A stretch of 64,000 nt of DNA from Burkholderiales bacterium (GCA_035308765.1 DATGGA010000025.1:2576-66575), one strand, 5' to 3'. Counted from the stretch's first letter, positions 7,576 through 17,254 are shown. Notes: generated by a model from the sequence alone, not told the origin. Made by a program: numbers and translations.

Positions 7576-9057
7576 CTATGCGCGGCGCAGAACGCGCCCG
7601 GCCCGCTGTCCCGTCGCGCGGCCGGCATCGACCGCCTTCACGCCATTCACGAACACGGCGCGGATGCCCTCCGGCGCCCGCTTCGGATCCTCGAAGGTGC
7701 CGCGGTCGATGACCGTCGCCGGGTCGAACAGCACTAGATCCGCGCAGGCGCCCTCCCGGATCAGGCCGCGGTCATGCAGGCCGAAGGTTGCCGCGGCGAA
7801 GCCGGTCATGCGGTAGACGGCTTCCTCCATCGAAAAAAGTTTCTCGTCGCGCGCGTAGCGCCCAAGCACGCGCGTGAAAGTGCCGTAAAGCCTCGGATGG
7901 GGTTTGCCCTCGATCGTGGGGATGCCGTCCGAGCCGATCATGGTGCTCGGGTGGCGCATCACCGTGCGCACGTCTTCCTCGCTCATCGCGTGCAGGATCA
8001 CCGTGACGCCCGAATCGGCCGCAAGCACGCGCTCGGCGGCCTGTTCGGCCGTGCAGCCCATATCCGCGCCGAGCTGCGCCAGCGAACGGCCCTCCCATTG
8101 CGGATGCGACGCAGTCGAGGCGATGACCACGTCCCCGGGCGCCAAGTCGCCGATCGCCCCGCGCAGCTTGCCGTCGCGGTAAACGGCCGAGAGGATGGTG
8201 CTGCCCGCGGTATACGGATACTGGTCCGCTTGCACCGGCTGGCCGCGCTGCTGCGCCGCCTCGATGAGTTTCAACGACTCGCGGACCAGGCCCCACGCGG
8301 TCCTGCCGGAAGCTTTGTGGTGCGAGATCTGCACCGGTACCCCGGCGCCAGCGCCGATCGCGAGCGCCTCGCGCACCGAATCGAGCAGGCCGGTGCTCTC
8401 GTCGCGCATGTGCGTCGCGTACAACGCGCCCGTGCCGCGCATCAGCGAAGCCAGCTCCACCAACTCGTCGGTCGCAGCGAAGCGGCCGGGGTCGTAGATG
8501 AGGCCCGACGAAAGACCGAGCGCGCCCGCCTCCAGACCCTCGGCGAGGATCGCCTTCATCGCCGCCATTTCCGCCGGCGCGGGTGCGCGATTCTCCAGCC
8601 GCATCGCCGCGAGCCGCGCCGTGCCGTGACCCACCAGCACGCCGATGTTCACGCCCGGCGCATGCGCTTCCAGGCGCTGCATGTAACCCGCGTAGCCCTG
8701 CCATTCGGGCAGGCTCAGGTTCGGATGCAGTGTTTTCGCCATCACCGCGGCTGCGGCGTGCGGCGCGGCGCCAAAGCCGCAGTTGCCGACCACGCAGCTG
8801 GTGACGCCGCCCGCGAGCTTGAACGCCATGTCCGGGTACATGAGCGCGGCGAAATCGTCGTGCGTATGCACGTCGATGAAGCCCGGCGCGAGCGCGAGGC
8901 CGCGGCCATCGAGCGTGGTGCGGGCCGAAATCGGCGCAGCGCCGCCGCCGGCGCGCACTACGGCGATGCGCCCTTCCTCGATCGCCACGTCGGCCGTCAC
9001 CGGCGGCGCGCCGCTGCCGTCGTAAAGCGTGGCCTCGCGGATCACCAGTTCGTGCAT
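7576..9057 (-). CDS. N-acyl-D-amino-acid deacylase (D-aminoacylase), amidohydrolase superfamily
   Basis: 493 aa: LVIREATLYDGSG...DVAIEEGRIAVV...LAPGFIDVHTHDD. These are the metal-binding HxH and the D-aminoacylase-type N-terminal barrel. Confidence 0.85.
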   Translation of the reverse strand: MHELVIREATLYDGSGAPPVTADVAIEEGRIAVVRAGGGAAPISARTTLDGRGLALAPGFIDVHTHDDFAALMYPDMAFKLAGGVTSCVVGNCGFGAAPHAAAAVMAKTLHPNLSLPEWQGYAGYMQRLEAHAPGVNIGVLVGHGTARLAAMRLENRAPAPAEMAAMKAILAEGLEAGALGLSSGLIYDPGRFAATDELVELASLMRGTGALYATHMRDESTGLLDSVREALAIGAGAGVPVQISHHKASGRTAWGLVRESLKLIEAAQQRGQPVQADQYPYTAGSTILSAVYRDGKLRGAIGDLAPGDVVIASTASHPQWEGRSLAQLGADMGCTAEQAAERVLAADSGVTVILHAMSEEDVRTVMRHPSTMIGSDGIPTIEGKPHPRLYGTFTRVLGRYARDEKLFSMEEAVYRMTGFAAATFGLHDRGLIREGACADLVLFDPATVIDRGTFEDPKRAPEGIRAVFVNGVKAVDAGRATGQRAGRVLRRA

Positions 9058-9132
9058 GTTGATTTTCCTTTGCTTGCCGTATTCCGGCGCTTTGCGCTAT
9101 CTTGCACCGGTTCACCATCCAGAGGGGAAGCC

Positions 9133-10731
9133 ATGCTGACCAGACGCGCAATTGCCGGGGGCGTTGCCGGAGCCTTGACCGTGGCGGTGCTCGGGAGCGG
9201 GGGCGCCGCGCTGGCGCAGGACGACGCGAAGACTTTGCGCATCGTGCCGCACTCGAACCTCGCGATCCTGGACCCGATCTGGACCACCGCCTACATGAGC
9301 CGCAACCATGGCTACATGATCTACGACACGCTGTTCGGCACCGACGAGAAAAACCAGATCAAGCCGCAGATGGTGGAATCATGGACCGAAAGCCCCGATC
9401 ACCGGCTTTGGACTTTCAAGCTCCGCAAGGGCCTGGAATTCCACGACGGCAAGCCCGTCACCGGCGAAGACGTGGTCGCCTCGCTGCAGCGCTGGGGCAA
9501 GCGCGACGCGATGGGCTCCGCCCTCATGACCTTCGTCGAGCGCATGGATACGCCGACGCCCGACACTTTCCGCATCTTCCTGCGCGAGGCCTGCGGCTTC
9601 GTGCTGGAAGCGCTCGGCAAGCCTTCCTCCAATGTGCCGTTCATCATGCCCAAGCGCGTCGCGGAGACGGACCCCTTCAAGCAGATCGAGGATTACACGG
9701 GCTCGGGTCCCTACATCTTCAAGAAGGACGAGTTCAAGCCCGGCGACAAGGCGGTGTACGTCAAGAACACCAGGTACGTGCCGCGCAAGGAGGCGCCCTC
9801 GGGCACCACCGGCGGCAAGAACGTCTATATCGACCGCGTCGAATGGAACCTCGCGCTGCGCGACGGACAGGCGCAGTTCAACGCACTGCAGAAGGGCGAA
9901 GTCGACATCATCGAGGCGCTCGACTTCAATTTCTACGAGGCCGCCAAGAAGGACCCGAATGTCCAGCTGCCGAAGTACGCCACCGTCAACCTGCAGTACA
10001 TGGCTCGCTTCAACCACCTGAACAAGCCCTTCGACAACGTCAAGGTGCGCCGGGCGGTTTTGGCGGCATTCAGCCAGCTGCCGTTCCTGCAGGCGCAGGT
10101 CGGCGTGAAGGAGCTCTATAACACCTGCCCGTCGATGTTCACCTGCGGCACGCCCTACGGCAGCGCCTACGGCAGCGATATCCAGTCCAAGTCGAACATG
10201 AAAAAGGCGCAGGAGCTGCTCAAGGAGTCGGGCTACGACGGCACGCCGATCGTGCTGATGAAGCCCACCGACCTCGCGGCGATCCAGAAGCTGCCTGACG
10301 TCGGGGCGCAGCTGCTGCGCCAGGCCGGCTTCAAGGTCGACCTGCAGGCGATGGACTGGCAGACGCTGGTCAGCCGGCGCGCGAAGAAGGACCCGATCGA
10401 CAAGGGCGGCTGGCACATGTTCATGACCGCCTGGCAGGGCCACGACATCTGGAACCCGATCGCCAACCCCACCTTCGATACGCGCGGCGTGGACTCGGGC
10501 TGGTTCGGCTGGGCCAAGGACGACAAGCTGCTCGAGCTGCGCGCGCGGTTCATGCGCGCCACCGACGACGCCACCAAGAAGAAGCTCGCCAACGAGATCC
10601 AGGCGCGCGCCTTCGAGATCGGCACCCACGTGCCGCTCGGCGAGTATTCGCAGCCGATGGCGGCGCGCAGGAACATCAGCGGCTTCTTCATCACCAACGG
10701 CAACATCTACTGGAACCTGAAAAAGAACTGA
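9133..10731 (+). CDS. ABC transporter substrate-binding protein, family 5 (peptide/nickel, DppA-like)
   Basis: Internal ATG of the 7774..10731 ORF. It gives a signal peptide, MLTRRAIAGGVAGALTVAVLGSGGAALAQDD, followed by TLRIVPHSNLAILDPIWTTAYMSRNHGYMIYDTLFG. A GAGGGGAAG SD lies upstream. Confidence 0.88.
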   Translation: MLTRRAIAGGVAGALTVAVLGSGGAALAQDDAKTLRIVPHSNLAILDPIWTTAYMSRNHGYMIYDTLFGTDEKNQIKPQMVESWTESPDHRLWTFKLRKGLEFHDGKPVTGEDVVASLQRWGKRDAMGSALMTFVERMDTPTPDTFRIFLREACGFVLEALGKPSSNVPFIMPKRVAETDPFKQIEDYTGSGPYIFKKDEFKPGDKAVYVKNTRYVPRKEAPSGTTGGKNVYIDRVEWNLALRDGQAQFNALQKGEVDIIEALDFNFYEAAKKDPNVQLPKYATVNLQYMARFNHLNKPFDNVKVRRAVLAAFSQLPFLQAQVGVKELYNTCPSMFTCGTPYGSAYGSDIQSKSNMKKAQELLKESGYDGTPIVLMKPTDLAAIQKLPDVGAQLLRQAGFKVDLQAMDWQTLVSRRAKKDPIDKGGWHMFMTAWQGHDIWNPIANPTFDTRGVDSGWFGWAKDDKLLELRARFMRATDDATKKKLANEIQARAFEIGTHVPLGEYSQPMAARRNISGFFITNGNIYWNLKKN

Positions 10732-10758
10732 TCCGGTCGATCTGAGCCTGCCTTTCGT

Positions 10759-11700
10759 TTGTTTTCCTTCGTAGCGCGCAGGATCCTCGCCACCGTACCG
10801 GTCCTGCTGATCGTCGCGGTGCTGGTGTTCCTGCTGCTGCGGCTCACGCCGGGCGACCCGGCGGCGATCCTGGCGGGAGATGCCGCCAACACCGAGCAGA
10901 TCGCGCGCATCCGCGCCAGCCTCGGCCTCGACCGGCCGATCCTCGCGCAATTCGGCATCTGGTTCGGCAACCTGCTGCAGGGCGATCTCGGCGAGTCGTT
11001 CTACTACAAGACCAAAGTCGCGACGCTGATCGCCCAGCGGCTGGAACCCACGCTGTCGCTCGCCGCGCTCACCATCAGCATCGCGGTGCTGGTCGCGGTG
11101 CCGCTCGGCATCCTCGCCGCCTGGCGCTTCGGCGGCTGGCTCGACCGCGCCCTAATGGGCTTCTCGGTGCTCGGCTTCTCGGTGCCGGTGTTCGTGCTGG
11201 CCTACATCCTGATCTGGCTGGTGTCGTTGAAGCTCGGCTGGCTCCCCGTGCAGGGCTACCAGCGGCTCGCGGACGGTCCGGGGCCCTGGCTCTACCATCT
11301 CGCGCTGCCCTCGATCACGCTGTCGGTGCTCTACATCGCGCTGATCGCACGCGTGACGCGCGCTTCGGTCATGGACGCGCTCGGCGAAGACTACATCCGC
11401 ACCGCGCGGGCCAAAGGTCTGCCGGAGGTCCGGGTGCTGGTGCGCCATGCGCTCGCGAATGCCGCGGTGCCGATCGTCACGGTGATCGGCATCGGGCTTG
11501 CGCTGCTGATTGGCGGCGTGGTGGTGACCGAATCGGTCTACGCCATTCCCGGCCTGGGGCGCCTGACGGTGGACGCTGTGCTGGCGCGCGATTTCCCCAC
11601 CGTGCAGGGGCTGATCCTGTTCTTTTCCTTCATCTACGTGCTGGTCAACCTGCTGGTGGACCTGTCCTACGTGTTCCTCGATCCGAGAATCCGCTATTAA
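10759..11700 (+). CDS. ABC transporter permease (DppB-like)
   Basis: 313 aa. The N-terminus is (F)VARRILATVPVLLIVAVLVFLLLRLTPGDP. The EAA-type loop is YIRTARAKGLPE. Confidence 0.88.
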   Translation: MFSFVARRILATVPVLLIVAVLVFLLLRLTPGDPAAILAGDAANTEQIARIRASLGLDRPILAQFGIWFGNLLQGDLGESFYYKTKVATLIAQRLEPTLSLAALTISIAVLVAVPLGILAAWRFGGWLDRALMGFSVLGFSVPVFVLAYILIWLVSLKLGWLPVQGYQRLADGPGPWLYHLALPSITLSVLYIALIARVTRASVMDALGEDYIRTARAKGLPEVRVLVRHALANAAVPIVTVIGIGLALLIGGVVVTESVYAIPGLGRLTVDAVLARDFPTVQGLILFFSFIYVLVNLLVDLSYVFLDPRIRY

Positions 11701-11722
11701 AAAAATCCTCGGCAACTGGTCG

Positions 11723-12559
11723 GTGCGCATCGGCGCCGGCGTCATCGCCGCCATGGTGCTGGTGGCGATCGCCGCGCCCTGGCTGGGGACCGTGGACCCG
11801 TCGCTGTTCGACGCCGGCAGCCGCGACCTGCTGCCCGGAAAATCCGGTCAGATCACCACGCTGGAGGGCGAGACGCTCCAGCACACCTTCCTGATGGGCT
11901 CGGATTCCTACGGCCGCGACATCTACAGCCGGGTGATCTACGGCACGCGGGTATCACTGGTGGTCGGCATCGCCACTGCACTGCTCGCGCTGGCCGTGGG
12001 CATCGTCTGCGGCCTGAGCGCCGGCTACCTGCGCTGGCTGGACGGCATCCTGATGCGCTTCATGGACGGCATCATGGCGATCCCGGCGATCCTGGTCGCC
12101 ATTGCGCTGGTGGCGCTCTGGCGCGGCAGCATCGTCACGGTGGTGGCCGCCATCGCCATTCCGGAAATTCCGCGCGTCACGCGCCTGGTCCGTTCGCTGG
12201 TGCTGACGATCCGCGAGGAGCCCTACGTCGAGGCGGCGATCGCGCTGGGCACGCCGACCTGGAAAATCCTGTTCGGCCATATCCTGCCCAACTGCGTCGC
12301 GCCGCTCCTCGTGCAGGGCACCTTCACCTGCGCCTTCGCGATCCTGGTCGAAGCGGTGCTGTCCTTCCTCGGCGTCGGGCTGCCGCCCGACATCCCGACC
12401 TGGGGCAACATCATGGCCGAGGGCCGCGCGCAATTCGTTTCCTTCCCGCACAACGTGTTCTTCCCCGGGATTTTCCTCGCGGTCACGGTGCTGGCGGTCA
12501 ATATGCTGGGCGACGGGCTGCGCGATACGCTCGACCCGAAGATGGCGAAGCGCATATGA
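11723..12559 (+). CDS. ABC transporter permease (DppC-like)
   Basis: 278 aa, GTG start. Motifs: GSDSYGRDIYSRVIYGTRVSL and EPYVEAAIALGTP. Confidence 0.85.
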   Translation: MRIGAGVIAAMVLVAIAAPWLGTVDPSLFDAGSRDLLPGKSGQITTLEGETLQHTFLMGSDSYGRDIYSRVIYGTRVSLVVGIATALLALAVGIVCGLSAGYLRWLDGILMRFMDGIMAIPAILVAIALVALWRGSIVTVVAAIAIPEIPRVTRLVRSLVLTIREEPYVEAAIALGTPTWKILFGHILPNCVAPLLVQGTFTCAFAILVEAVLSFLGVGLPPDIPTWGNIMAEGRAQFVSFPHNVFFPGIFLAVTVLAVNMLGDGLRDTLDPKMAKRI

Positions 12560-14163
12560 ACGTTCTTGAAGTGAAGGAATTGAGCATCGCCCTTCCCCCG
12601 GGGGCGGACCGTCCGCACGCCGTCTCGAAGGTTTCGTTCACGGTCGGGCGCGGCGAGATCGTCTGCCTGGTCGGCGAATCGGGCTCGGGCAAATCGGTGA
12701 TCGCGCAAAGCGTGATGGGCCTGCTGGCGAAGACGCTGCCGGTCGCCTCCGGCTCGATCCGGCTGAACGGCGACGAGCTGGTGGGCATGTCCGAATCGGG
12801 GCTGCGCGAGCGCCGCGCCACGCGCATGTCGATGATCTTCCAGGAGCCGATGACCGCGCTGAACCCGGTCATGACCTGCGGCGACCAGATCGACGAGGTC
12901 TTGAAGTTCCATTCCGGCCATTCGCGGGAAGAGCGGCGCAAACGCACCCTCAACATCGTCCGCGAGGTCGCGTTGCCGGAACCCGGGCGCATTGTCGCTT
13001 CCTACCCGCACCAGCTTTCCGGCGGACAGCGCCAGCGCATCATGATCGCGATGGCGCTGGTGCTCGAGCCCGCGCTGCTGATCGCCGACGAGCCCACCAC
13101 CGCACTCGATGTCACGACGCAGGCCCAGACCCTGCGCCTGATCGCGGAATTGCAGGCGAAGCACGGCACCGGCGTGCTGTTCATTACCCATGACTTCGGC
13201 GTAGTGGCGGAAATCGCGCACCGGGTGGCGGTGCTCCGGTTGGGCGAGCTGGTCGAACTCGGTACGCGCGACGAGGTGCTGAAGCACCCGCGGCACGAGT
13301 ACACGAAAATGCTGATCCGCTCGGTGCCTACCCTGAAGCCGCACGGCCGCCCCGTAAACCAGGATACGCCCGTGGTGCTGGAAACCAGGCGGCTGTCGAA
13401 GATCTACGGCGCCCGCGGCTGGTTCGGGCGCGGGCGCGAAGTGCGCGCTGCCGAGGACGTGACGCTGGAAGTGCGCCGCGGCCAGACGCTGGGCATCGTC
13501 GGCGAATCGGGGTCCGGGAAATCCACCGTCGCGCGCTGCATCGTGCGCCTGGTCGACCCGAGTTCGGGCGGGATCCGCATCGGCGGCACGGAAATCGCAA
13601 CCATGGGCGCGACCGCGCTGCGGCCGCTGCGGCGCAAGGTGCAGATCGTGTTCCAGGACCCCTACCGCTCGCTCAATCCGCGCCGCACGGTGGGCGAAGC
13701 GATCATCGAGGGCCCGCTCAACTACGGCGTCACCCGGGCCGCTGCGCTCGAACGCGCGACCAAGCTGATGGAGCTGGTGCGCATGGACAGCGCGGCGCTG
13801 TCGCGCTACCCGCACCAGTTCTCCGGCGGCCAGCGCCAGAGGATCTGCATAGCGCGGGCACTGGCGATGGAGCCTGAATTGCTGGTCGCGGATGAAGCGG
13901 TCTCCGCTCTCGATGTCTCGGTCCAGGCCCAGGTCCTGCAGCTGCTGGAGGAAATCCGGACCCGGCTGGATCTCGCGATGCTGTTCATCACCCATGACCT
14001 GCGCGTCGCCGCGCAGGTCTGCGACCAGGTCGCGGTGATGTCCGGAGGGCGTGTAGTTGAATACGGCCCGGCGGAGGAAATCTTTCAGCGGCCGAAGCAC
14101 GCCTACACCCGCGCCCTGTTCGACGCCGCGCCGGGACGGGATTTTGCGTTTGGCACGACGTAA
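12556..14163 (+). CDS. ABC transporter ATP-binding protein with duplicated ATPase domains (DppD/DppF fusion type)
   Basis: 535 aa with two Walker A motifs (GESGSGKS twice), two signature motifs (LSGGQRQR, FSGGQRQR) and two Walker B motifs. It overlaps the upstream permease by 4 nt. Confidence 0.9.
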   Translation: MNVLEVKELSIALPPGADRPHAVSKVSFTVGRGEIVCLVGESGSGKSVIAQSVMGLLAKTLPVASGSIRLNGDELVGMSESGLRERRATRMSMIFQEPMTALNPVMTCGDQIDEVLKFHSGHSREERRKRTLNIVREVALPEPGRIVASYPHQLSGGQRQRIMIAMALVLEPALLIADEPTTALDVTTQAQTLRLIAELQAKHGTGVLFITHDFGVVAEIAHRVAVLRLGELVELGTRDEVLKHPRHEYTKMLIRSVPTLKPHGRPVNQDTPVVLETRRLSKIYGARGWFGRGREVRAAEDVTLEVRRGQTLGIVGESGSGKSTVARCIVRLVDPSSGGIRIGGTEIATMGATALRPLRRKVQIVFQDPYRSLNPRRTVGEAIIEGPLNYGVTRAAALERATKLMELVRMDSAALSRYPHQFSGGQRQRICIARALAMEPELLVADEAVSALDVSVQAQVLQLLEEIRTRLDLAMLFITHDLRVAAQVCDQVAVMSGGRVVEYGPAEEIFQRPKHAYTRALFDAAPGRDFAFGTT

Positions 14164-14173
14164 AATCAGGCGC

Positions 14174-14950
14174 ATGGATCGTCTCGACGGGTCGAAAATC
14201 GTCGTCCCCGGGCTTGAAATACGGGTCGCCGGGCGTTGTACGTCCACCAACGCGGTCCTGTTGTCCGAACGGCCCGGCCATCCCGTCCTGCTCGCGGCCG
14301 AAGAGCAGACCGCAGGCCGCGGCAGGCGCGGCCGCAAATGGCGCTCGGCGCCCGGCGCGGGCGCGACTTTCTCCATCCTGCGGCGCATGCGCTGCGCGCC
14401 GCGCACGCTGGCCGGACTCTCCCTTGCGGTCGGCGTTGCCGCGGTGCGCGTGCTGCGCGCCCTCGGCGCCGGCGAAGCGGCGCTGAAATGGCCCAACGAC
14501 CTGCTCGCGGGCGGCAGGCACGCGGGCGCGAAGCTGGGCGGGATCCTGATCCAGACGCGCCTGCACGAAGCGGAAGTGGTGGCGGTGGTCGGGATCGGCA
14601 TCAATTGCCGCAGCGTGCGCGCGCTGGGAGCGCAATTGCGCCGCAGCGTCGTTTCGCTCGACGATCTGGTGAAGCCCGCGCTGGAGCGCAACGCGGTCAT
14701 CGCCGCGGTCGCGCGCGAAGTGCTGGCGGCGCTGCAGGCCTACGAGCGATCCGGCCTTCCTGCGTTCGCAGCCGAATGGCGCGCGTTGCATGCGCACGAG
14801 GGCCGGCGGCTGCGCGTGCGCCTGGACGACGGCCGCACCGTGAGCGGGATCGCCGCCGGCCTCGCGCCCAGCGGCGCGCTGCGCCTGCGGACGCGCAGCG
14901 GCATGCGGGACGTGGCGAGCGGCCGGATCGTTTCCGCGAGCGCGCCGTGA
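14174..14950 (+). CDS. birA: biotin--[acetyl-CoA-carboxylase] ligase (no N-terminal HTH)
   Basis: Internal ATG of the 14057..14950 ORF. The motif QTAGRGRRGRKW is the BirA GRGRxGR(K/R)W motif. It is followed by coaX with a GTGA overlap, as in other betaproteobacteria. Confidence 0.85.
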   Translation: MDRLDGSKIVVPGLEIRVAGRCTSTNAVLLSERPGHPVLLAAEEQTAGRGRRGRKWRSAPGAGATFSILRRMRCAPRTLAGLSLAVGVAAVRVLRALGAGEAALKWPNDLLAGGRHAGAKLGGILIQTRLHEAEVVAVVGIGINCRSVRALGAQLRRSVVSLDDLVKPALERNAVIAAVAREVLAALQAYERSGLPAFAAEWRALHAHEGRRLRVRLDDGRTVSGIAAGLAPSGALRLRTRSGMRDVASGRIVSASAP

Positions 14951-15708
14951 TCCTCGCCATCGACGCCGGCAATTCGCGCGTGAAGTGGGGCTGGTATGAA
15001 CGCGGTGATCGCGGCGGCGGCTGGTCGGGCATCGCCAACGTCTCGCTGATCGAGTTCGCCGCCTCCAGCGACCACATCAACCCTTTCTCGGCCACCCACG
15101 ACAATCCGGCGCGCATCGTCATTTCCAACGTCGCCGGCGAAGGCGCGCACCAGCTGCTGGTGAACTGGACCAGCATTTTCGATGCCGACCCGGAGTGGGT
15201 GCGCGGCGAGCGGGAACTGTGCGGCGTCAGGAACCGCTACGACCAGCCCGGGCTGCTGGGCCCCGACCGCTGGGCCGCCCTGATCGCGGCCAGGGCCATG
15301 GAACCCGGCCGCGCCTGCCTGGTGGTGAACGCCGGCACCTGCACCACGGTCGACATGCTCACCGCCGGCGGCGAATTCACCGGCGGCCTGATCCTGCCCG
15401 GCATCGACCTGATGCGTTTCGTGCTGCACGAGCATACCGGCCGCCTGCCGTTGCAGCAGGGGCGCTACGTGCAGGCGCCGCGCAACACGGTGGATGCGAT
15501 CGAAAGCGGTTGCCGCCATGCCCAGGCCGGCGCGGTCGAGCGCATGTACCGCGCGGCGGGCGACGACTGCGCCTGCCTCGTTTCGGGCGGCGGCGGGCCC
15601 GCGCTCATCGAGCGGCTCGAGATGCCCTGCCGCTTCGTCGAAAACCTGGTGCTGGAGGGCCTTGCGCGCATCGGGGGCGAAAGTGCTGCCGGCAAGCGCC
15701 CCTCCTGA
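14947..15708 (+). CDS. coaX: type III pantothenate kinase
   Basis: The GTG at 14947 gives (V)ILAIDAGNSRVKWG, then GPDRWAALIAA and the C-terminal SGGG. The long 14236..15708 ORF is mostly a shadow frame over birA. Confidence 0.85.
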   Translation: MILAIDAGNSRVKWGWYERGDRGGGWSGIANVSLIEFAASSDHINPFSATHDNPARIVISNVAGEGAHQLLVNWTSIFDADPEWVRGERELCGVRNRYDQPGLLGPDRWAALIAARAMEPGRACLVVNAGTCTTVDMLTAGGEFTGGLILPGIDLMRFVLHEHTGRLPLQQGRYVQAPRNTVDAIESGCRHAQAGAVERMYRAAGDDCACLVSGGGGPALIERLEMPCRFVENLVLEGLARIGGESAAGKRPS

Positions 15709-15712
15709 AGCG

Positions 15713-16372
15713 ATGAGAACGATTTTCCTGCTGCTGGTCGCCCTCAACCTGGCGCTGTTCGCCTGGGTGCGGTATTACGCGGCCGGCGACAGCACGACGG
15801 ACCCGGAGCCGCTGCGCAGGCAGATCAAGCCCGAAAGCATCCGCATCCTGGCCGGCCCTGAACTCGCCGGGCTGCCGGTGCTGAAGCCCAAACCCCCGGC
15901 GGAAGCTGTGGCGCAGGCGGCCTGCATCGAGTGGGGCGGATTCGCGGTCGCCGAGGCGCCGCGCGCCGAGAAAGCGCTGGAGCCGCTGGCGCTCGGCGCG
16001 CGCCTGTCGCAACGGCGCAGCGAGGAGACCGCCGGCTGGTGGGTCTTCATCCCGCCGCAGGCCAACCGCGCGGCGGCGCTAAAGAAAACCGCAGAGTTGA
16101 AGGCGCTCGGCATCGACGATTTTTTCGTCACCCAGGAAGAAGGAAAGATGAACTGGGCCGTATCGCTGGGCGTATTCAGCAGCGAGGACGCGGCCAAGAG
16201 CCGGCTCGACGCGCTGCGCGCGAAGGGCGTGCGCAGCGCGCAGTCGGGCGAGCGCGAGACCAAAGTGATGAAGGTCTGGTTCCAGGCGCGCGGCGCGGAT
16301 GCGCCGTTGCAGGCGAAACTGCGCGAAACCGCGCAAGGCTTCCCCGGCACCGAGGTGCGGGACTGCCCCTAG
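15713..16372 (+). CDS. SPOR domain-containing membrane protein
   Basis: MRTIFLLLVALNLALFAWVRYY forms an N-terminal TM segment. The C-terminal WAVSLGVFSSEDAAKSRLDALRAKGV is a SPOR-type repeat. The position after birA-coaX is typical. Confidence 0.75.
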   Translation: MRTIFLLLVALNLALFAWVRYYAAGDSTTDPEPLRRQIKPESIRILAGPELAGLPVLKPKPPAEAVAQAACIEWGGFAVAEAPRAEKALEPLALGARLSQRRSEETAGWWVFIPPQANRAAALKKTAELKALGIDDFFVTQEEGKMNWAVSLGVFSSEDAAKSRLDALRAKGVRSAQSGERETKVMKVWFQARGADAPLQAKLRETAQGFPGTEVRDCP

Positions 16373-16749
16373 CCGATGGGGATGGCGCCGCCGGCCACGT
16401 GCTGGGCGACCAGTTCGAGCAGGCGGTCGGCGCGCACCGGCTTGGTCAGGTAGCCGACCGCGCCCAGTTCCTTGCCGCGGTGATCGCCGTCCTCCACGGA
16501 AGTGAGGAAGATGACCGGGATGTAGGGCAGAGTCTTGTCCGATTTCAGCGCCGCGACGAACTCGAAGCCGTCCATGTGCGGCATGTTGACGTCGGACAGG
16601 ATCAGGTCGGGCGGATTCTTCAGCACCTGGTAGCCGGCGTTGATCGCGTCGGGCGCGGTGCTGACCTCGTAGCCCGCCGAGGAGAGGTGCATGCGCAGCA
16701 GGTCGCACAGGCTCTCGTCGTCGTCCACCACCAGGATTTTCGCCGCCAT
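16369..16749 (-). CDS. single-domain response regulator (CheY-like receiver)
   Basis: 126 aa: ILVVDDDESL...DLILSDVNMPHMDGFEF...PVIFLTS...GAVGYLTKP. Confidence 0.9.
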   Translation of the reverse strand: MAAKILVVDDDESLCDLLRMHLSSAGYEVSTAPDAINAGYQVLKNPPDLILSDVNMPHMDGFEFVAALKSDKTLPYIPVIFLTSVEDGDHRGKELGAVGYLTKPVRADRLLELVAQHVAGGAIPIG

Positions 16750-16783
16750 CTTTCTTCAGTTCAGCGCTGCGGTAAGTGGATGC

Positions 16784-17254
16784 TCAGTTGGCGCAGGTCT
16801 GCTGCGTCGTCTGCTTCGTTTTTTCGACTTCTTGTGCCGTCTGACTTTCGTCCATGTAGTACCTTTGGCCGGCAGCGTCCGTGCGGGCGATACGTTGCCC
16901 AGACTGCAGAGTGCGCAGATATTCCTTCGCTCTGGCGCAGTCGTCTGCTTTCGCTGCCTTGGCCTGGCGATCCTTCTCAGCTTTCTCGCTCTCCTTCTTG
17001 GCCTCCTCCTGGCGCTTGCGGTATTCCTGCTCCTGCTCCGCCGGTGTCAGCGGACCCTTTTTTGCGTCCTTGGAGGCCGCTCCGGCCGAATCGGCCGGCC
17101 CGGGCGGCGGCGCCTTGATGGATGTCGCGTTGACGCCCGGCGGCGGAACATCGCTGTACCGCACCTTGCCATCCTTGTCGACCCACTTGTACAACTGCGC
17201 CTGCGTCGCGGCGGCGAAGCCGACGATCGCAATGAAAAACAATATCTTTCTCAT
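16784..17254 (-). CDS. DUF4124 domain-containing secreted protein
   Basis: The start is taken at MRKILFFIAIVGFAAATQAQ, with a GGGAGA SD 7 nt upstream. The track ORF starts 6 codons earlier. LYKWVDKDGKVRYSDVPPPG is the DUF4124 hallmark, followed by a charged coiled-coil-like middle. Confidence 0.8.
   Translation of the reverse strand: MRKILFFIAIVGFAAATQAQLYKWVDKDGKVRYSDVPPPGVNATSIKAPPPGPADSAGAASKDAKKGPLTPAEQEQEYRKRQEEAKKESEKAEKDRQAKAAKADDCARAKEYLRTLQSGQRIARTDAAGQRYYMDESQTAQEVEKTKQTTQQTCAN

Noticed and set aside
7774-9132. N-terminal 453 codons of the 985-aa + ORF 7774..10731
   Set aside because: This part is antisense to the well-supported D-aminoacylase gene and has shadow-ORF composition. 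The real gene starts at the internal ATG at 9133, with an SD and a signal peptide.
12223-14700. 825-aa minus-strand ORF
   Set aside because: It is antisense to the double-ATPase ABC gene and birA. It is R/A/P-rich with no family resemblance, so it is a shadow ORF.
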